From positions 1,169,329-1,233,328 of the forward strand of contig CP181398.1 in the NCBI GenBank assembly GCA_047946875.1: DNA of 64,000 nt. The letters run 5' to 3'. The stretch's first letter is position 1; each line of letters opens with the position of its first letter. Positions 19,039 to 29,248 of the stretch are shown here, one piece after another. This stretch comes from Candidatus Kerfeldbacteria bacterium. Its GTDB lineage: Bacteria; Patescibacteriota; Patescibacteriia; UBA10025; JAHIVO01. The notes under the pieces were generated by a model. That model was given only the letters and a program-made list of their open reading frames with translations, did no database searches and was not told where the DNA came from. The position numbers were made by a program, and so were the translations under genes.

Positions 19039-19204
19039 TGGTACCCTCGAGAGCCCCGCTTTGAGCGGGATCTTCGAGAATCTCCGCCCAAGGCGGATGC
19101 GCCTATGGCGCAGAACCTTAAGTTTAAAAGATTGTTTATCCACGGCTCCCGCCCGCAACGCTAAAGCGTAGCTTTGGCGGGCGTGGTAGAAGGCCGTTGT
19201 TCCC
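19039..19204 (-). pseudogene. 5'-truncated tRNA-Arg copy with multiple GC-rich hairpin insertions; ends CGAGGGTACCA
   Basis: Segments GGAACAACGGCCTTCTA / AGCCGTGGATA / CTCTCGAGGGTACCA match tRNA-Arg. Inserts include a 39-nt hairpin exactly at position 37/38. Confidence 0.6.
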
Positions 19205-19220
19205 CGTCTGCCATCGCCAA

Positions 19221-19292
19221 TACCCTCGAGAGGAATCGAACCTCTATCCACGGCTTAGAAGGCCGTTGTTCTATCCGTTGAACTACAAGGGC
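19221..19292 (-). tRNA. tRNA-Arg (UCU), no CCA encoded, G1-U72 wobble
   Basis: Anticodon loop CTTCTAA. Its first 12 nt are duplicated upstream at 19346-19357 around a GC-rich element. Confidence 0.7.
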
Positions 19293-19345
19293 AATGGCAA
19301 TGGCGGGCAGGTATCCGTTGTCAGGCAGAGCCTGATCCGGCTTTG
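19293..19345. repeat. GC-rich palindromic element between the tRNA-Arg 5' end and an upstream duplicate of that end; member of the REP-like family CCGGCAKAGCCGGATCAGGCTCTRCCTG
   Basis: caggcagagcctgatccggctttgccgg is flanked by direct repeats (a)actacaagggc. Confidence 0.6.
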
Positions 19346-19361
19346 CCGGAAACTACAAGGG

Positions 19362-19470
19362 CGCGTCTAAATAATATTTTTGGTTACGTTTTCAGCTTTC
19401 GCTGCTAACTCCACCATTCATATCATTTCTCCTTTCCCCGCAGAACGGTATCGTTCAGCTCAATGTTATT
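19362..19470 (-). promoter_or_regulatory. conserved tRNA-upstream element (copy L2)
   Basis: About 95 percent identical to L1. Confidence 0.5.
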
Positions 19471-19515
19471 AAATAATATTTCGAATATTAGCAATAAAAA
19501 CTATTTAAGTCAATG

Positions 19516-20397
19516 CTAATTGCTGGTATATAGTTTGGTTGTGGTAATAAAGTTATGACCAAGTATTGATTGGATAGATTTGATGTCATAGCCCTGTTTT
19601 TTTAAATGAACTGCATATGCTTGGCGGAGTTTTTCGGGAGTAATATTATTACCTAGATTTGTTTTTTTTGAATATTTTTTTATGATTCTTTGGATGGTAC
19701 GTGGAGTTAGTTGATAAGTTTCTTTTTTAACAGTACTTAGTTGTCTTTTCTTAGCTTTATCATGCCTAATAAATAATGCATTAAATTTATCATTTCTTAT
19801 TTTTAGATATTCATGGACTGCATAACTAGCTTGATTTGATAAATTTAGAGAACGAGATTTTTTCTTACGTAAAATATTGATTGAGTTTGTACTGAAGTTT
19901 ATGTTTTCTTTTTTTAATGAAGCAAGCTCTGATACTTTGAGACCAGAGCATAACAGGAGTTCTAAGATTGCTTTGTCTCTTTTTTGGATAATCCCAGGAT
20001 TTTTTTCATGCAAGGGAGAAGATAATAGTAGATCGATATCTGATTCTTCGAGTGGTTTATAATGTTTTTTTATTTGCTTTTTAAGAACAATTTCCTTGAA
20101 TGGCAATGAATGAATATTTTTCTTCTTTAAATATTCCAAAAAGGATCTTAGGGCTATTAAATGATAGTTTTGTGTATTTATTTTTAATAACTCTTTTTTT
20201 TGATTACGTATAGTGCTTAAGTAGTTTTTGAATAAATCAATTTTTTCTTTGGTAATATCTGAAGCTTGCCTAATGTTGGATTGATTAAAAAAACGGTGAA
20301 GGTAGAAACTATAGTTATTTACAGTTTGTTTCGTAGTTTTTTTCTTTTGCTGAAGATATTCTAAGAAATTATTTAAATTTTTATTAATGTCATTCAT
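19516..20397 (-). CDS. tyrosine recombinase / phage-type integrase
   Basis: C-terminal catalytic region LRQAYAVHL...GYD..SIQSILGH....TTKLYT (R, H-x-x-R, Y). Confidence 0.8.
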   Translation of the reverse strand: MNDINKNLNNFLEYLQQKKKTTKQTVNNYSFYLHRFFNQSNIRQASDITKEKIDLFKNYLSTIRNQKKELLKINTQNYHLIALRSFLEYLKKKNIHSLPFKEIVLKKQIKKHYKPLEESDIDLLLSSPLHEKNPGIIQKRDKAILELLLCSGLKVSELASLKKENINFSTNSINILRKKKSRSLNLSNQASYAVHEYLKIRNDKFNALFIRHDKAKKRQLSTVKKETYQLTPRTIQRIIKKYSKKTNLGNNITPEKLRQAYAVHLKKQGYDIKSIQSILGHNFITTTKLYTSN

Positions 20398-20516
20398 AGA
20401 TTTATTTTACGACACTTATAAAATTTGGTCAAAGGTTGGTTGACTGATAATATTTTTATTGATAAGGTATTTTAATAAGAAAAATAGAACCTTTATATAT
20501 AATAAGGAGCGTAGAA

Positions 20517-20879
20517 ATGGTAGATCAAAAGTGTTCAAAGATTAAAAAAGGATTTTTGATTTTCCTTTTTGGCGTAGTAATGGTTATTGTAACAAATATT
20601 TTCCGGGCTGTGTCTGGTGATGTCCCGAGCTTCATAGTCGGTAACGAAGGGCTCACTTGGGCAATTCTATTATTTGCCTTTGGGGCTGGTTTCATTGGCT
20701 GGTTTACTTCTAACCCAGATCGTAAAATTTTTGGCTGGTTTGTATTTACCATGGGCTTCTTTGGTGATTTATTCGTTTTTTTTGGATATGATAAAAGTGG
20801 TTCTGTATTAATTACTTTTTTCATACTGATTTTAGTGAGTAGCTTAAGTATCAGGCTTGTTGAAACAAAAGCACCTTAG
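20517..20879 (+). CDS. small membrane protein (3-4 TM)
   Basis: Hydrophobic helices and a terminator downstream. Confidence 0.5.
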   Translation: MVDQKCSKIKKGFLIFLFGVVMVIVTNIFRAVSGDVPSFIVGNEGLTWAILLFAFGAGFIGWFTSNPDRKIFGWFVFTMGFFGDLFVFFGYDKSGSVLITFFILILVSSLSIRLVETKAP

Positions 20880-20940
20880 ATAACAGTAATGAAGAACTTA
20901 TTGAGAGAATTAATCATTTTCTTAATGATTGATCAAATTT

Positions 20941-20975
20941 CAGCCATTGTGTTTTTACGCGATGGCTTTTTTATT
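20941..20975 (+). terminator. rho-independent terminator
   Basis: agccat...atggct plus TTTTTT. Confidence 0.6.
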
Positions 20976-21003
20976 ATATTGAAATGCATTTTTTGGCTAA
21001 TCC

Positions 21004-21031
21004 TTGACAAATTATTAATAATACCTATAAT
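21004..21031 (+). promoter_or_regulatory. sigma70-type promoter for rpsO
   Basis: TTGACA-N16-TATAAT. Confidence 0.6.
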
Positions 21032-21118
21032 AAGTATACTAATTAAATAGCTTACGAATTCTTGGTATTTGGAGTAGTTGACCATTAACTCAGAATTCGC
21101 GAATAAAGGAATAAAACT

Positions 21119-21385
21119 ATGTTAACAAAAGGACAAAAAGACAAACTAATCGAGAAATATAAGACACATGATACTGATACTGGCTCTTCAGAAGTCCAGA
21201 TCGCTATTTTGACAAGCGAAATAAAGATGCTTACAAAACATCTTCAGGATCATAAGAAAGATTTTTCATCACGACGTGGTCTTCTTAAGAAGGTTGGTTT
21301 AAGACGTCGTTTATTAAAATATTTAAATAAAGATAATGAAAAGAGTTATCTAGATTTAATTCAGAAACTAAAATTGAAGAAATAA
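21119..21385 (+). CDS. rpsO: ribosomal protein S15
   Basis: The sequence is S15-like ([35 protein letters not shown]...). Confidence 0.95.
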   Translation: MLTKGQKDKLIEKYKTHDTDTGSSEVQIAILTSEIKMLTKHLQDHKKDFSSRRGLLKKVGLRRRLLKYLNKDNEKSYLDLIQKLKLKK

Positions 21386-21931
21386 ATGATAAATCGTAAC
21401 GATCAGAGAATTGGAGTATTTGTAGATGTTCAGAATCTATATTATTCTGCAAAGAATCTATATGGTCAAAAAGTAAATTTTGGAGAAGTTTTAAAAACCG
21501 TAGTTGGTAATAGAAAGCTAATACGAGCTTTTGCATATGTAGTAAAGGCTCAGAATGTTGATGAGCAGAAATTTTTTGAGGCTTTGGGTAGTCAGGGATT
21601 TGAAGTTAAGATGAAAGAGTTACAAATATTTTTTGGTGGTCATAAAAAAGGTGACTGGGATATTGGGATGGCGATGGACGCTATTCGCCTATCCCCTAAA
21701 CTTGATGCTGTGATTCTGGTAACGGGTGATGGAGATTTTATTCCCTTGGTAGAGTATCTTAGAAATCACGGTCAATATGTAGAAGCTGTGTCATTTGGCG
21801 AATCAACTTCAACACTATTAAAAGCAGAAGTGGATGAGTTTACTGATCTGAGTGCCAAGCGCAATAAATATTTAATGAAAAGTTCAATAAGAAGAAAGAA
21901 AATAATTAATAAGTCGAATCGGCCTGCTTAG
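21386..21931 (+). CDS. NYN/LabA-like (PIN-fold) domain protein
   Basis: IGVFVDVQNL..VILVTGDGDF motif. Confidence 0.7.
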   Translation: MINRNDQRIGVFVDVQNLYYSAKNLYGQKVNFGEVLKTVVGNRKLIRAFAYVVKAQNVDEQKFFEALGSQGFEVKMKELQIFFGGHKKGDWDIGMAMDAIRLSPKLDAVILVTGDGDFIPLVEYLRNHGQYVEAVSFGESTSTLLKAEVDEFTDLSAKRNKYLMKSSIRRKKIINKSNRPA

Positions 21932-22055
21932 ATATTTTTATAATGCTGGGGATTCGTAGACTTCTTGTTTAATAATAAATATTATTAAGAAACAAAAAGT
22001 TTATGAACTGGCAATGAGATATCCAACAAAGGAAGATTCGTTGAAAGGAAAAAAT

Positions 22056-24263
22056 ATGGAAAAAATCCAAAAGTTTACCACTGAAATAGATGGTAAAGAA
22101 TTAATTATCGAGACAGGAAGATATGCCGCTCAAGCTAGTGGTGCCTGCACAGTCCAATATGGCGGGACTGTTGTTTTAGCTACAACTGTAAAAAGTAATA
22201 CTATCAGAGATGGAATAGACTATTTCCCATTAATGGTTGACTACGAAGAGAAATTATATGCAGCTGGAAAAATAAAAGGATCTAGATTTATTAAACGTGA
22301 AGGCCGAGCTTCTGACGAAGCTGTTTTGGCTGGTCGTATGATTGATAGATCATTAAGACCATTGTTTGACCAAACAATTCGTAATGACGTTCAAGTTATT
22401 GCAACCGTTTTGTCTGTAGATATGGAGAATGGCGCAGACGTCGTTGCTTTATTAGCATCGTCAGTTGCATTGTTAATCTCTGATATTCCTTGGGCAGGAC
22501 CTATTGCTGGCGCTCGTGTTGGTAAGGTTGACGGTAAATTAATCTATAACCCTACCTACGAACAGAGAGAAGAAAGTAATCTAGATTTAGTAGTTGTAAA
22601 TTGTGGAGATAAAGTTACTATGCTTGAAGCTGGAGGTAAGCAAGTACCAGAAGAAGAAGTTTTGGAAGCTATTGAATTTTCACAAGATAAAATTTTAAAA
22701 ACTTTAGAATTTATCAATAAGATAAAAAGTAAAGTAGGAAAAGAAAAAGTACAAATCCAACCAGAGGAATTAACTGAAGAGGAAAAAGAAGGAATGGATA
22801 AAGTTGAAAGTAAAGTTAAGGATTTTGTTGGAGATAAAATAAACAAACTTTTTGAAATAAAAGGAAAAGCAGAACAGAAAGAAGCTATCTCACAACTACG
22901 TACTGATTTAGATAAAATGTTGAAAGATGATAATGAAGTAAGCAAAGAAGCTAGAGCAAAAGGAACATCTTTAGTTGAAGGAATGTTTCAAGATGCCGCT
23001 AGAAAATTAGTATTAGAGGATGATAAACGTGTTGATGGTCGTTCTCCAGATGAGATTAGAGAGATATCATGTGAGGTAGGTTTATTACCACGAACACACG
23101 GAAGTGGCTTATTTAATAGGGGTGAAACACAAGTATTGTCAGTAGTAACACTTGGTTCTCCTGGCGATGAACAGATAATGGATACTATGGAAGAGAGTGG
23201 AAAAAAACATTATTTACACCATTATAATTTTCCTGGTTTTTCAGTTGGTGAAGCAAAACCTTTGCGAGGTCCTGGCCGTCGTGATATTGGTCATGGTGCT
23301 TTAGCTGAAAAAGCATTGGAGCCAGTTTTACCTTCTAGAGAAGATTTTCCATATACTATTAGAGTAGTATCAGAAGTTATGTCTTCCAATGGTTCTAGTT
23401 CACAAGCTTCAATCTGTGGATCTTCCCTATCATTGATGAACGCTGGTGTACCTATAACTGCTCCAGTCGCTGGTATTGCTATCGGTTTAATTACTGATTA
23501 TGATAATCCAAAAAATTATAAAATATTATCTGATATTCAAGGGGTAGAAGATCATGATGGTGATATGGATTTCAAAGTAGCCGGCACTACTACAGGTATT
23601 ACAGCTATTCAAATGGATGTAAAGTTGGACGGTGTAAGTATAGATATTTTGAAAGATGCTTTTGTATCTGCTAAGAATGCTAGATTAAAAATTCTAGATG
23701 TTATGAAGGCTAAGATTGCAGAACCTAGTAAAGAGATGTCCCCTTACGCTCCTCGCATTACTTCTATCAAGATTGATCCAGAAAAAATCAGAGATGTTAT
23801 TGGTAAAGGTGGTGAAATGATCAATAAAATTATTGATGAGTGCGGTGGTCAAGATGTAACCAAGATTGATATCGATGACGATGGTCTGGTTATGATTACT
23901 TCTACCGACAATGTGCTAGGTAAAAAAGCTATTGAGTGGGTTGAAAATTTAACTCATCAAATTACTGTGGGAGAAGTTTATGAAGGTACGGTTTTAAAAA
24001 TTGTTGCAGATAGAAATAGCGGAACAGAGATTGGTGCTATTGTAGAATTATTACCCGGCCAAGATGGTATGGTTCATATTTCTCAATTTACTGCTGAGCG
24101 TATTGCTAAAGTATCTGATATAGTTAAAGAAGGTCAGAAACTGAAAGTAAAAGTAATGGGCGTAGATAAAGAAAGAGGAAGAATAGAATTATCTCATAAA
24201 ATTTTTAACGAGCCGACTGGTGCAACTAAGGGTAAAGATGATCGTCCACGACGTACCCGCTAA
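22056..24263 (+). CDS. pnp: polynucleotide phosphorylase
   Basis: Two RNase PH domains plus KH and S1 domains. ATG at 22056 with an AAAGGA SD (the ORF track's 22014 is upstream). Confidence 0.95.
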   Translation: MEKIQKFTTEIDGKELIIETGRYAAQASGACTVQYGGTVVLATTVKSNTIRDGIDYFPLMVDYEEKLYAAGKIKGSRFIKREGRASDEAVLAGRMIDRSLRPLFDQTIRNDVQVIATVLSVDMENGADVVALLASSVALLISDIPWAGPIAGARVGKVDGKLIYNPTYEQREESNLDLVVVNCGDKVTMLEAGGKQVPEEEVLEAIEFSQDKILKTLEFINKIKSKVGKEKVQIQPEELTEEEKEGMDKVESKVKDFVGDKINKLFEIKGKAEQKEAISQLRTDLDKMLKDDNEVSKEARAKGTSLVEGMFQDAARKLVLEDDKRVDGRSPDEIREISCEVGLLPRTHGSGLFNRGETQVLSVVTLGSPGDEQIMDTMEESGKKHYLHHYNFPGFSVGEAKPLRGPGRRDIGHGALAEKALEPVLPSREDFPYTIRVVSEVMSSNGSSSQASICGSSLSLMNAGVPITAPVAGIAIGLITDYDNPKNYKILSDIQGVEDHDGDMDFKVAGTTTGITAIQMDVKLDGVSIDILKDAFVSAKNARLKILDVMKAKIAEPSKEMSPYAPRITSIKIDPEKIRDVIGKGGEMINKIIDECGGQDVTKIDIDDDGLVMITSTDNVLGKKAIEWVENLTHQITVGEVYEGTVLKIVADRNSGTEIGAIVELLPGQDGMVHISQFTAERIAKVSDIVKEGQKLKVKVMGVDKERGRIELSHKIFNEPTGATKGKDDRPRRTR

Positions 24264-24289
24264 TAAATAATTAATTTTATTTTGTCAGT

Positions 24290-24856
24290 ATGATAATAAG
24301 TCTTAGTGGCAAGCCAGGATCAGGAAAAAGTACCGTAGCTAGAAAATTAGCTGCGGATCTTGGTTATGAGAGAATATATATTGGTGGTATGCGTCGAGAA
24401 GTTGCCAGAAAGAAAGGGATGACTTTAGCAGAGTTTAATAAGTGGGGAGAAGAAGGTAATGATGCTGACGCAGAGTTTGAGAGGTATGTTGAAGAACTTG
24501 GTAAGACAAAAGATAATTTCATTATTGAAAGTCGAACAGCTTTTCATTTCATTCCTCGCTCTTTAAAAATATTTATAGATGTTAGTCCAGAAGAAGGAGC
24601 AAAAAGAATTTGGGGGGCTATCGAAAAAAATAGTCAGCCTAACCGCAATGAAGATAGTAATCTACAAAGTCACGAAGATGTTTTACAAAGTATTAAGGAA
24701 AGAATGAAGAGTGATGATTTTCGATATAAGAAGTATTATGATATCGATATTTTTGAAGAGAAAAATTACGATTTATTTTTAGATACAACAAATTTGAATC
24801 CAGAAGAAGAATATCAAGCAGTTTATGATTTTGTAAAAGAGAAATTAGTGAAATAA
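24290..24856 (+). CDS. P-loop nucleotide kinase (cytidylate kinase-like)
   Basis: SGKPGSGKST Walker A. Confidence 0.55.
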   Translation: MIISLSGKPGSGKSTVARKLAADLGYERIYIGGMRREVARKKGMTLAEFNKWGEEGNDADAEFERYVEELGKTKDNFIIESRTAFHFIPRSLKIFIDVSPEEGAKRIWGAIEKNSQPNRNEDSNLQSHEDVLQSIKERMKSDDFRYKKYYDIDIFEEKNYDLFLDTTNLNPEEEYQAVYDFVKEKLVK

Positions 24857-25001
24857 AAACAAATGAGATGTCGAAACAAGTTCGGCATGAGGGGTAGTAT
24901 TTATACAATCTTCCTCATTCTGAATTTATTTCAGAATCTATAAGTAAAAAAACCGTTTATATTTATATAAACGGCAATTTTTTTAAATGGGCATGATTCT
25001 T

Positions 25002-25256
25002 TTACTCGCTTGTAGCTTTCGTATTGGAATTTTTTTCAAGCCACTCGACGATTGCACTCTCTGGTATTCGCCAGTCCTTACCTAGTTTGTAAGCTCGGAT
25101 TTCACCTCGTTGAACCTTGCGGGTGATGACCTGGACATTCATTTGAAGTCTACCGGCCAATTCTTTTGTCGTGAAAAACGTCTCTGCTGAGAAAGTTAAA
25201 GTGCTCACAATTTTTCCCTTCCATATTCTTCCAGTTAGCAAGTGAATTTGCTTCAT
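25002..25256 (-). CDS. helix-turn-helix DNA-binding protein (excisionase/MerR-like HTH)
   Basis: FTTKELAGRLQMNVQVITRKVQRGEIRAYKLGKDWRIPESAIVEWL. Confidence 0.6.
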   Translation of the reverse strand: MKQIHLLTGRIWKGKIVSTLTFSAETFFTTKELAGRLQMNVQVITRKVQRGEIRAYKLGKDWRIPESAIVEWLEKNSNTKATSE

Positions 25257-25650
25257 CCGTGATCAGTTAAACGGGTGTTAAAAAAGTGATTATCTCCTTT
25301 AAAGTACAATTCTCCTCCTCAAATAAGTATCATGATTAGATATTATAATACCTTAATACAATAGATATTTTCTGTCAATAAATTCATCACTAATTTTGAA
25401 TAAAGATATAATTATGTAGTTAACTAATCGTAACAAAATGATTTTTATTATCTAGTTAATTGTTAACACCTCCATAGGAGGTGTTATTGATAGGAATTAA
25501 CAGGAATTAACCCTTTATGGTTTTATTTAATAGCCTAAAGGTTGAATTCCTAAAAAAGTAAGTATATTTGCCTGTGGATAACTAAAATGGCATAATAATG
25601 GGCATTGTTGGAATTTTATAATTATTGCTAACTTTAGCATATATTTACTA

Positions 25651-25679
25651 TTGACAAGAGGCTAAATACGTGCTATACT
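25651..25679 (+). promoter_or_regulatory. consensus sigma70 promoter (TTGACA-N17-TATACT) with no coding gene immediately downstream
   Basis: Perfect -35 and near-perfect -10. The next CDS is 420 nt away, with a terminator-like hairpin in between. Confidence 0.6.
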
Positions 25680-26053
25680 GTTTTTATAAGGTATATTAAC
25701 ATTTTATCAACAGCAGGGAGTGATTTACTCTTAAATAAGGTTATTTAAGGCTAAATCGTTCTTTACTGCTAAATGGAGTGACTGGTACTCCGACTTCATT
25801 CTCTTGACGCGAGAGATATACGAAGTAATTTTGAAAAAATAATCAAAATAAAAAGGAAATATCCTAAATAATAAAATATTTGAGATGTTACCACGAAGTG
25901 GTGAAGAATTTAAAAGATTGCTTTTTGATCGCCAGTAACAAAAAGCTTAAAGATTATTCTTATAAATAATCTTGGCGCCTACCTATTTTATTAGGTGGAC
26001 ACCAGGTAATAGAATAATCCTAGGGTGGTTGACGCTCAATAAGTAATCTTTTA

Positions 26054-26080
26054 GGAGCGGTCAGACCGCCCTTTTTTTTA
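26054..26080 (+). terminator. terminator-like GC hairpin plus T8
   Basis: ggagcggtcagaccgccc followed by tttttttt. Confidence 0.45.
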
Positions 26081-26105
26081 CAGAAATTTCTTCTATACTA
26101 TAGTT

Positions 26106-26714
26106 ATGGAATATCCAACAAAAAGAGAAGAGAATAAATTATTTAAACAGGGATATAAATATGTTGCTGGTATTGATGAAGCAGGGCGTGGTGCCTGGGC
26201 TGGTCCTTTGGTTGCTGCAGCAGTAATATTACCCAAAGATTTTAAACTGAAAGGTTTAAATGATTCTAAGAAATTATCCGCAAAACAACGAGATGATTTT
26301 TTTACAATTATTACTAAAAATGCACTTGCCTATTATGCCTGCATAATACCATCGAAAGAAATTGATAAAGGTGGAGTTGGTAAAGCGAACTTGTTAGCTA
26401 TAAAAAAAAGCGCTGAAGGATTGAAGATTAAACCTGATTATATATTAATCGATAGTTTTAAGGTTACTTGGAATGATATCCCTGCAAAATCTATTACTAA
26501 AGGTGATACCAAAGTGATAGCTATTGCAGCAGCTTCAGTAATTGCCAAAGTTACGAGGGATCGTATTATGGTACAATATCATAATAAATTTCCTAAGTAC
26601 GGATTTGATAAGCACAAGGGATATGGTACCAAAGAACATCATAATAATTTGAAGAGTTACGGCATAACCCCAATACATAGACAATCTTACCAACCAATTA
26701 AAGAATTAATGTAA
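26106..26714 (+). CDS. rnhB: ribonuclease HII
   Basis: The active-site motif GIDEAGRGAWAGPLVAAAV is present. Confidence 0.9.
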   Translation: MEYPTKREENKLFKQGYKYVAGIDEAGRGAWAGPLVAAAVILPKDFKLKGLNDSKKLSAKQRDDFFTIITKNALAYYACIIPSKEIDKGGVGKANLLAIKKSAEGLKIKPDYILIDSFKVTWNDIPAKSITKGDTKVIAIAAASVIAKVTRDRIMVQYHNKFPKYGFDKHKGYGTKEHHNNLKSYGITPIHRQSYQPIKELM

Positions 26715-26761
26715 AAACCTAGTAAATTAGCAGTTATTTTAATATATGATATAATATAACC

Positions 26762-27322
26762 ATGAATCATAAGCAGCCAGCTGGCCATACATTTTTACAC
26801 CCAGAGAATATTCTAAAAGAAATAGGATTGTCTATTGGTGAAACAATAGCTGATTTTGGTTGTGGTGGTGGTTATTTTGTAATTCCAGCCGCAAAAATAA
26901 TTGGTGACGATGGTGTAGCTTATGGTGTTGATGTATTAAAAAATGCATTATCTTCATTGGATGTTAAATCGCGAATGTTTGGGCTAACCAATGTTAAACC
27001 TGTTTGGGCAAACGTAGAGATTTTTGGAGCTTCTCGTGGTATACATGACAATATATTGGATATGGTTTTTTTGGTTCAGATAATGTCTCAATCAAAAAAA
27101 AGAAGAGAAATTTTCAAAGAGGTTGATAGAGTCTTAAAGCATAATGGTGGTAAGATTATGGTTATCGATTGGAAAAGTGATAAATTAAGCTTTAGTCCTA
27201 ATCCAGCTTCGATGACAAAACCTGAAGAAATTAAAGAAATAGCTAAGTCGTTCGGATTAATTTTAGAAAAAGAATTTGAACCAAGTGATTATCATTTTGG
27301 TTTATTGTTAAAGCGAGCGTAA
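26762..27322 (+). CDS. class I SAM-dependent methyltransferase
   Basis: DFGCGGGYF motif I. Confidence 0.7.
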   Translation: MNHKQPAGHTFLHPENILKEIGLSIGETIADFGCGGGYFVIPAAKIIGDDGVAYGVDVLKNALSSLDVKSRMFGLTNVKPVWANVEIFGASRGIHDNILDMVFLVQIMSQSKKRREIFKEVDRVLKHNGGKIMVIDWKSDKLSFSPNPASMTKPEEIKEIAKSFGLILEKEFEPSDYHFGLLLKRA

Positions 27323-27354
27323 TAATTATTATAATTTAATAAAACCTTCCCTTA

Positions 27355-27735
27355 ATGAATAAGGGATTTTTTATTATGAATAATAACAAAAGCTTAGGTA
27401 ATTGGGGGGAGGATTTAGCCGTAAAATATTTATTACAAAAAAGTTATATAATAATGTATAGACATTGGCAAAAAAGAGAAGGTGAAATTGATATTGTTGC
27501 TTATGATAAAAATGATAGATATTTAGTTTTTGTAGAGGTTAAAACTAGAATAAGTTCTCAATTTGGTTCACCAGAAGAATCGCTAAGTTATAAAAAGAAA
27601 CAAAGCCTAGGTAATATCATTATGTTTTATTTACAGGAAGCTGGATATAAAAATAGATATAGATTTGATCTGATTACAATCAAAAAAACTGATCATGTTA
27701 AGATAACTCATTATAAAAATTTATCCTTAGAATAA
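27355..27735 (+). CDS. YraN-family (UPF0102) endonuclease
   Basis: GEIDIVA....VFVEVKTR motif. Confidence 0.7.
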   Translation: MNKGFFIMNNNKSLGNWGEDLAVKYLLQKSYIIMYRHWQKREGEIDIVAYDKNDRYLVFVEVKTRISSQFGSPEESLSYKKKQSLGNIIMFYLQEAGYKNRYRFDLITIKKTDHVKITHYKNLSLE

Positions 27736-27826
27736 ACTTGCCAAATTAAGTTATATAATATATACTCTAAATACTAAGACTAGTTTATCAAAACTGGTCT
27801 ATTTTATTAAATATTTAGACAATTAT

Positions 27827-29224
27827 ATGGCAAAAGAAAATGAGATAGTATTAGCAGTTAAGCAAATTTGTGAAGAAAAAAATATATCATTTGAATCAGT
27901 CATCGAAACAATTGAAGCTGCGTTGGCAGTGGCTTATCGTAAGGATTTTGGTGAAAAAAATCAAAATATTAAAGTTGAATTTGATATTGAAACTGCCGAT
28001 GCTAGTGTTTTTGATGTAAAAAAGGTAGTGACAGATGAAATATTTGAAGTATATGAAAAATTAAGAGAAGAAAAATTAGCAGAAGAAGCTAAAGAGGCTG
28101 CTGATGCTGAAAAAGGAATTGTTAAAAAGGAAAAAAAACCTACTAAAGTAGAAAAAAAAGAGGAAATAGATGATGAGGAAGAAGTAGAGAGATTTAATCC
28201 AAAAACTGATATTTCTTTATCAGAGGCCAAAAAAATTAAGAAAAGTATAAAGTTAGAGGGGGAAATCAAAACCGCTCTTACACCACCAGCTGCATATGGA
28301 AGAATGGCCGCTCAAACTGCTAAGCAAGTAATTGTTCAACGTTTACGTGAAGCAGAACGTGAGAATATTTATAAAGAGTTTAAAGATAAAGAAGGTGACG
28401 TAATAAACGGGACTATCCAGAGGGTAGAAGGAAGAATGGTGTTGGTTGATCTCGGTCCGACTACGGCATTATTACCTCCTCCAGAGCAAGTACCAATGGA
28501 AAGATATAATTCTGGTCAAAGATTTAAATTTTATGTAGTTGCAGTTAATGAGACTCCAAAAGGTCCAGAGATAATTTTGTCTAGATCTCATGTTGAAATG
28601 GTAAAAAAATTATTTATGTTGGAAGTACCAGAAATTGGTAACGGTTCAGTAGAAATAAAATCTATTGCAAGAGAAGCAGGCTCTCGTACTAAGTTGGCTG
28701 TTTTTACAACTCAGAAAAATATCGATCCAGTTGGTTCATGTGTTGGTCAACGTGGTGCAAGAGTACAAACTATAATTTCTGAGATTGGTGGGGAGAAAAT
28801 TGATATTGTTGAGTGGGATGAAGATCCTGTTAAATTTATTACAAATTCTCTATCCCCAGCTAAAGTATTAGGTGTTAATACAAATGAAGAAGAAAAAACT
28901 GCCAAAGTAGAAGTAAAAGAAGATCAATTATCTTTGGCTATTGGTAAAGCGGGTCAGAATGTAAGATTGTCTGCCAAATTGACTGGTTGGAAGATTGACA
29001 TAATTTCAGAAGCTGGTATACCGGCCATACCAAAGGAAGAATTAGATGATAAAGATGAAGATATTGAAAGTGAAGAAGAGATTGAAAAAAAAGAGGAGCC
29101 AAAAGATCTTGCAGCAAGCCTGCCTACCGGACAGGCAAGTTCAGAAGAAGTAAAAGAGGAAGAGAAGAAGGATGTTAAGGAAGAAGAGGTTGTAGAAGAA
29201 AAAAAGGAGGATAAAGAAAAATAA
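27827..29224 (+). CDS. nusA: transcription termination/antitermination factor NusA with an acidic C-terminal tail
   Basis: S1 plus two KH domains (VGSCVGQRGARVQ..). Glu/Lys-rich tail. Confidence 0.9.
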   Translation: MAKENEIVLAVKQICEEKNISFESVIETIEAALAVAYRKDFGEKNQNIKVEFDIETADASVFDVKKVVTDEIFEVYEKLREEKLAEEAKEAADAEKGIVKKEKKPTKVEKKEEIDDEEEVERFNPKTDISLSEAKKIKKSIKLEGEIKTALTPPAAYGRMAAQTAKQVIVQRLREAERENIYKEFKDKEGDVINGTIQRVEGRMVLVDLGPTTALLPPPEQVPMERYNSGQRFKFYVVAVNETPKGPEIILSRSHVEMVKKLFMLEVPEIGNGSVEIKSIAREAGSRTKLAVFTTQKNIDPVGSCVGQRGARVQTIISEIGGEKIDIVEWDEDPVKFITNSLSPAKVLGVNTNEEEKTAKVEVKEDQLSLAIGKAGQNVRLSAKLTGWKIDIISEAGIPAIPKEELDDKDEDIESEEEIEKKEEPKDLAASLPTGQASSEEVKEEEKKDVKEEEVVEEKKEDKEK

Positions 29225-29248
29225 TTTTAATAAGTAATAAAAATAATT

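Noticed and set aside
19030-19251. ORF of 73 aa (MDRGSIPLEGIGDGRRG...)
   Set aside because: It spans GC-rich tRNA-Arg fragments and hairpin inserts. Its composition comes from the repeats, not a real protein.
25690-26090. RNase P RNA or tmRNA in the orphan transcribed region
   Set aside because: There is no GGAAAGTCCGG P4 motif, no tRNA-like 3' end and no tag ORF ending in AA.
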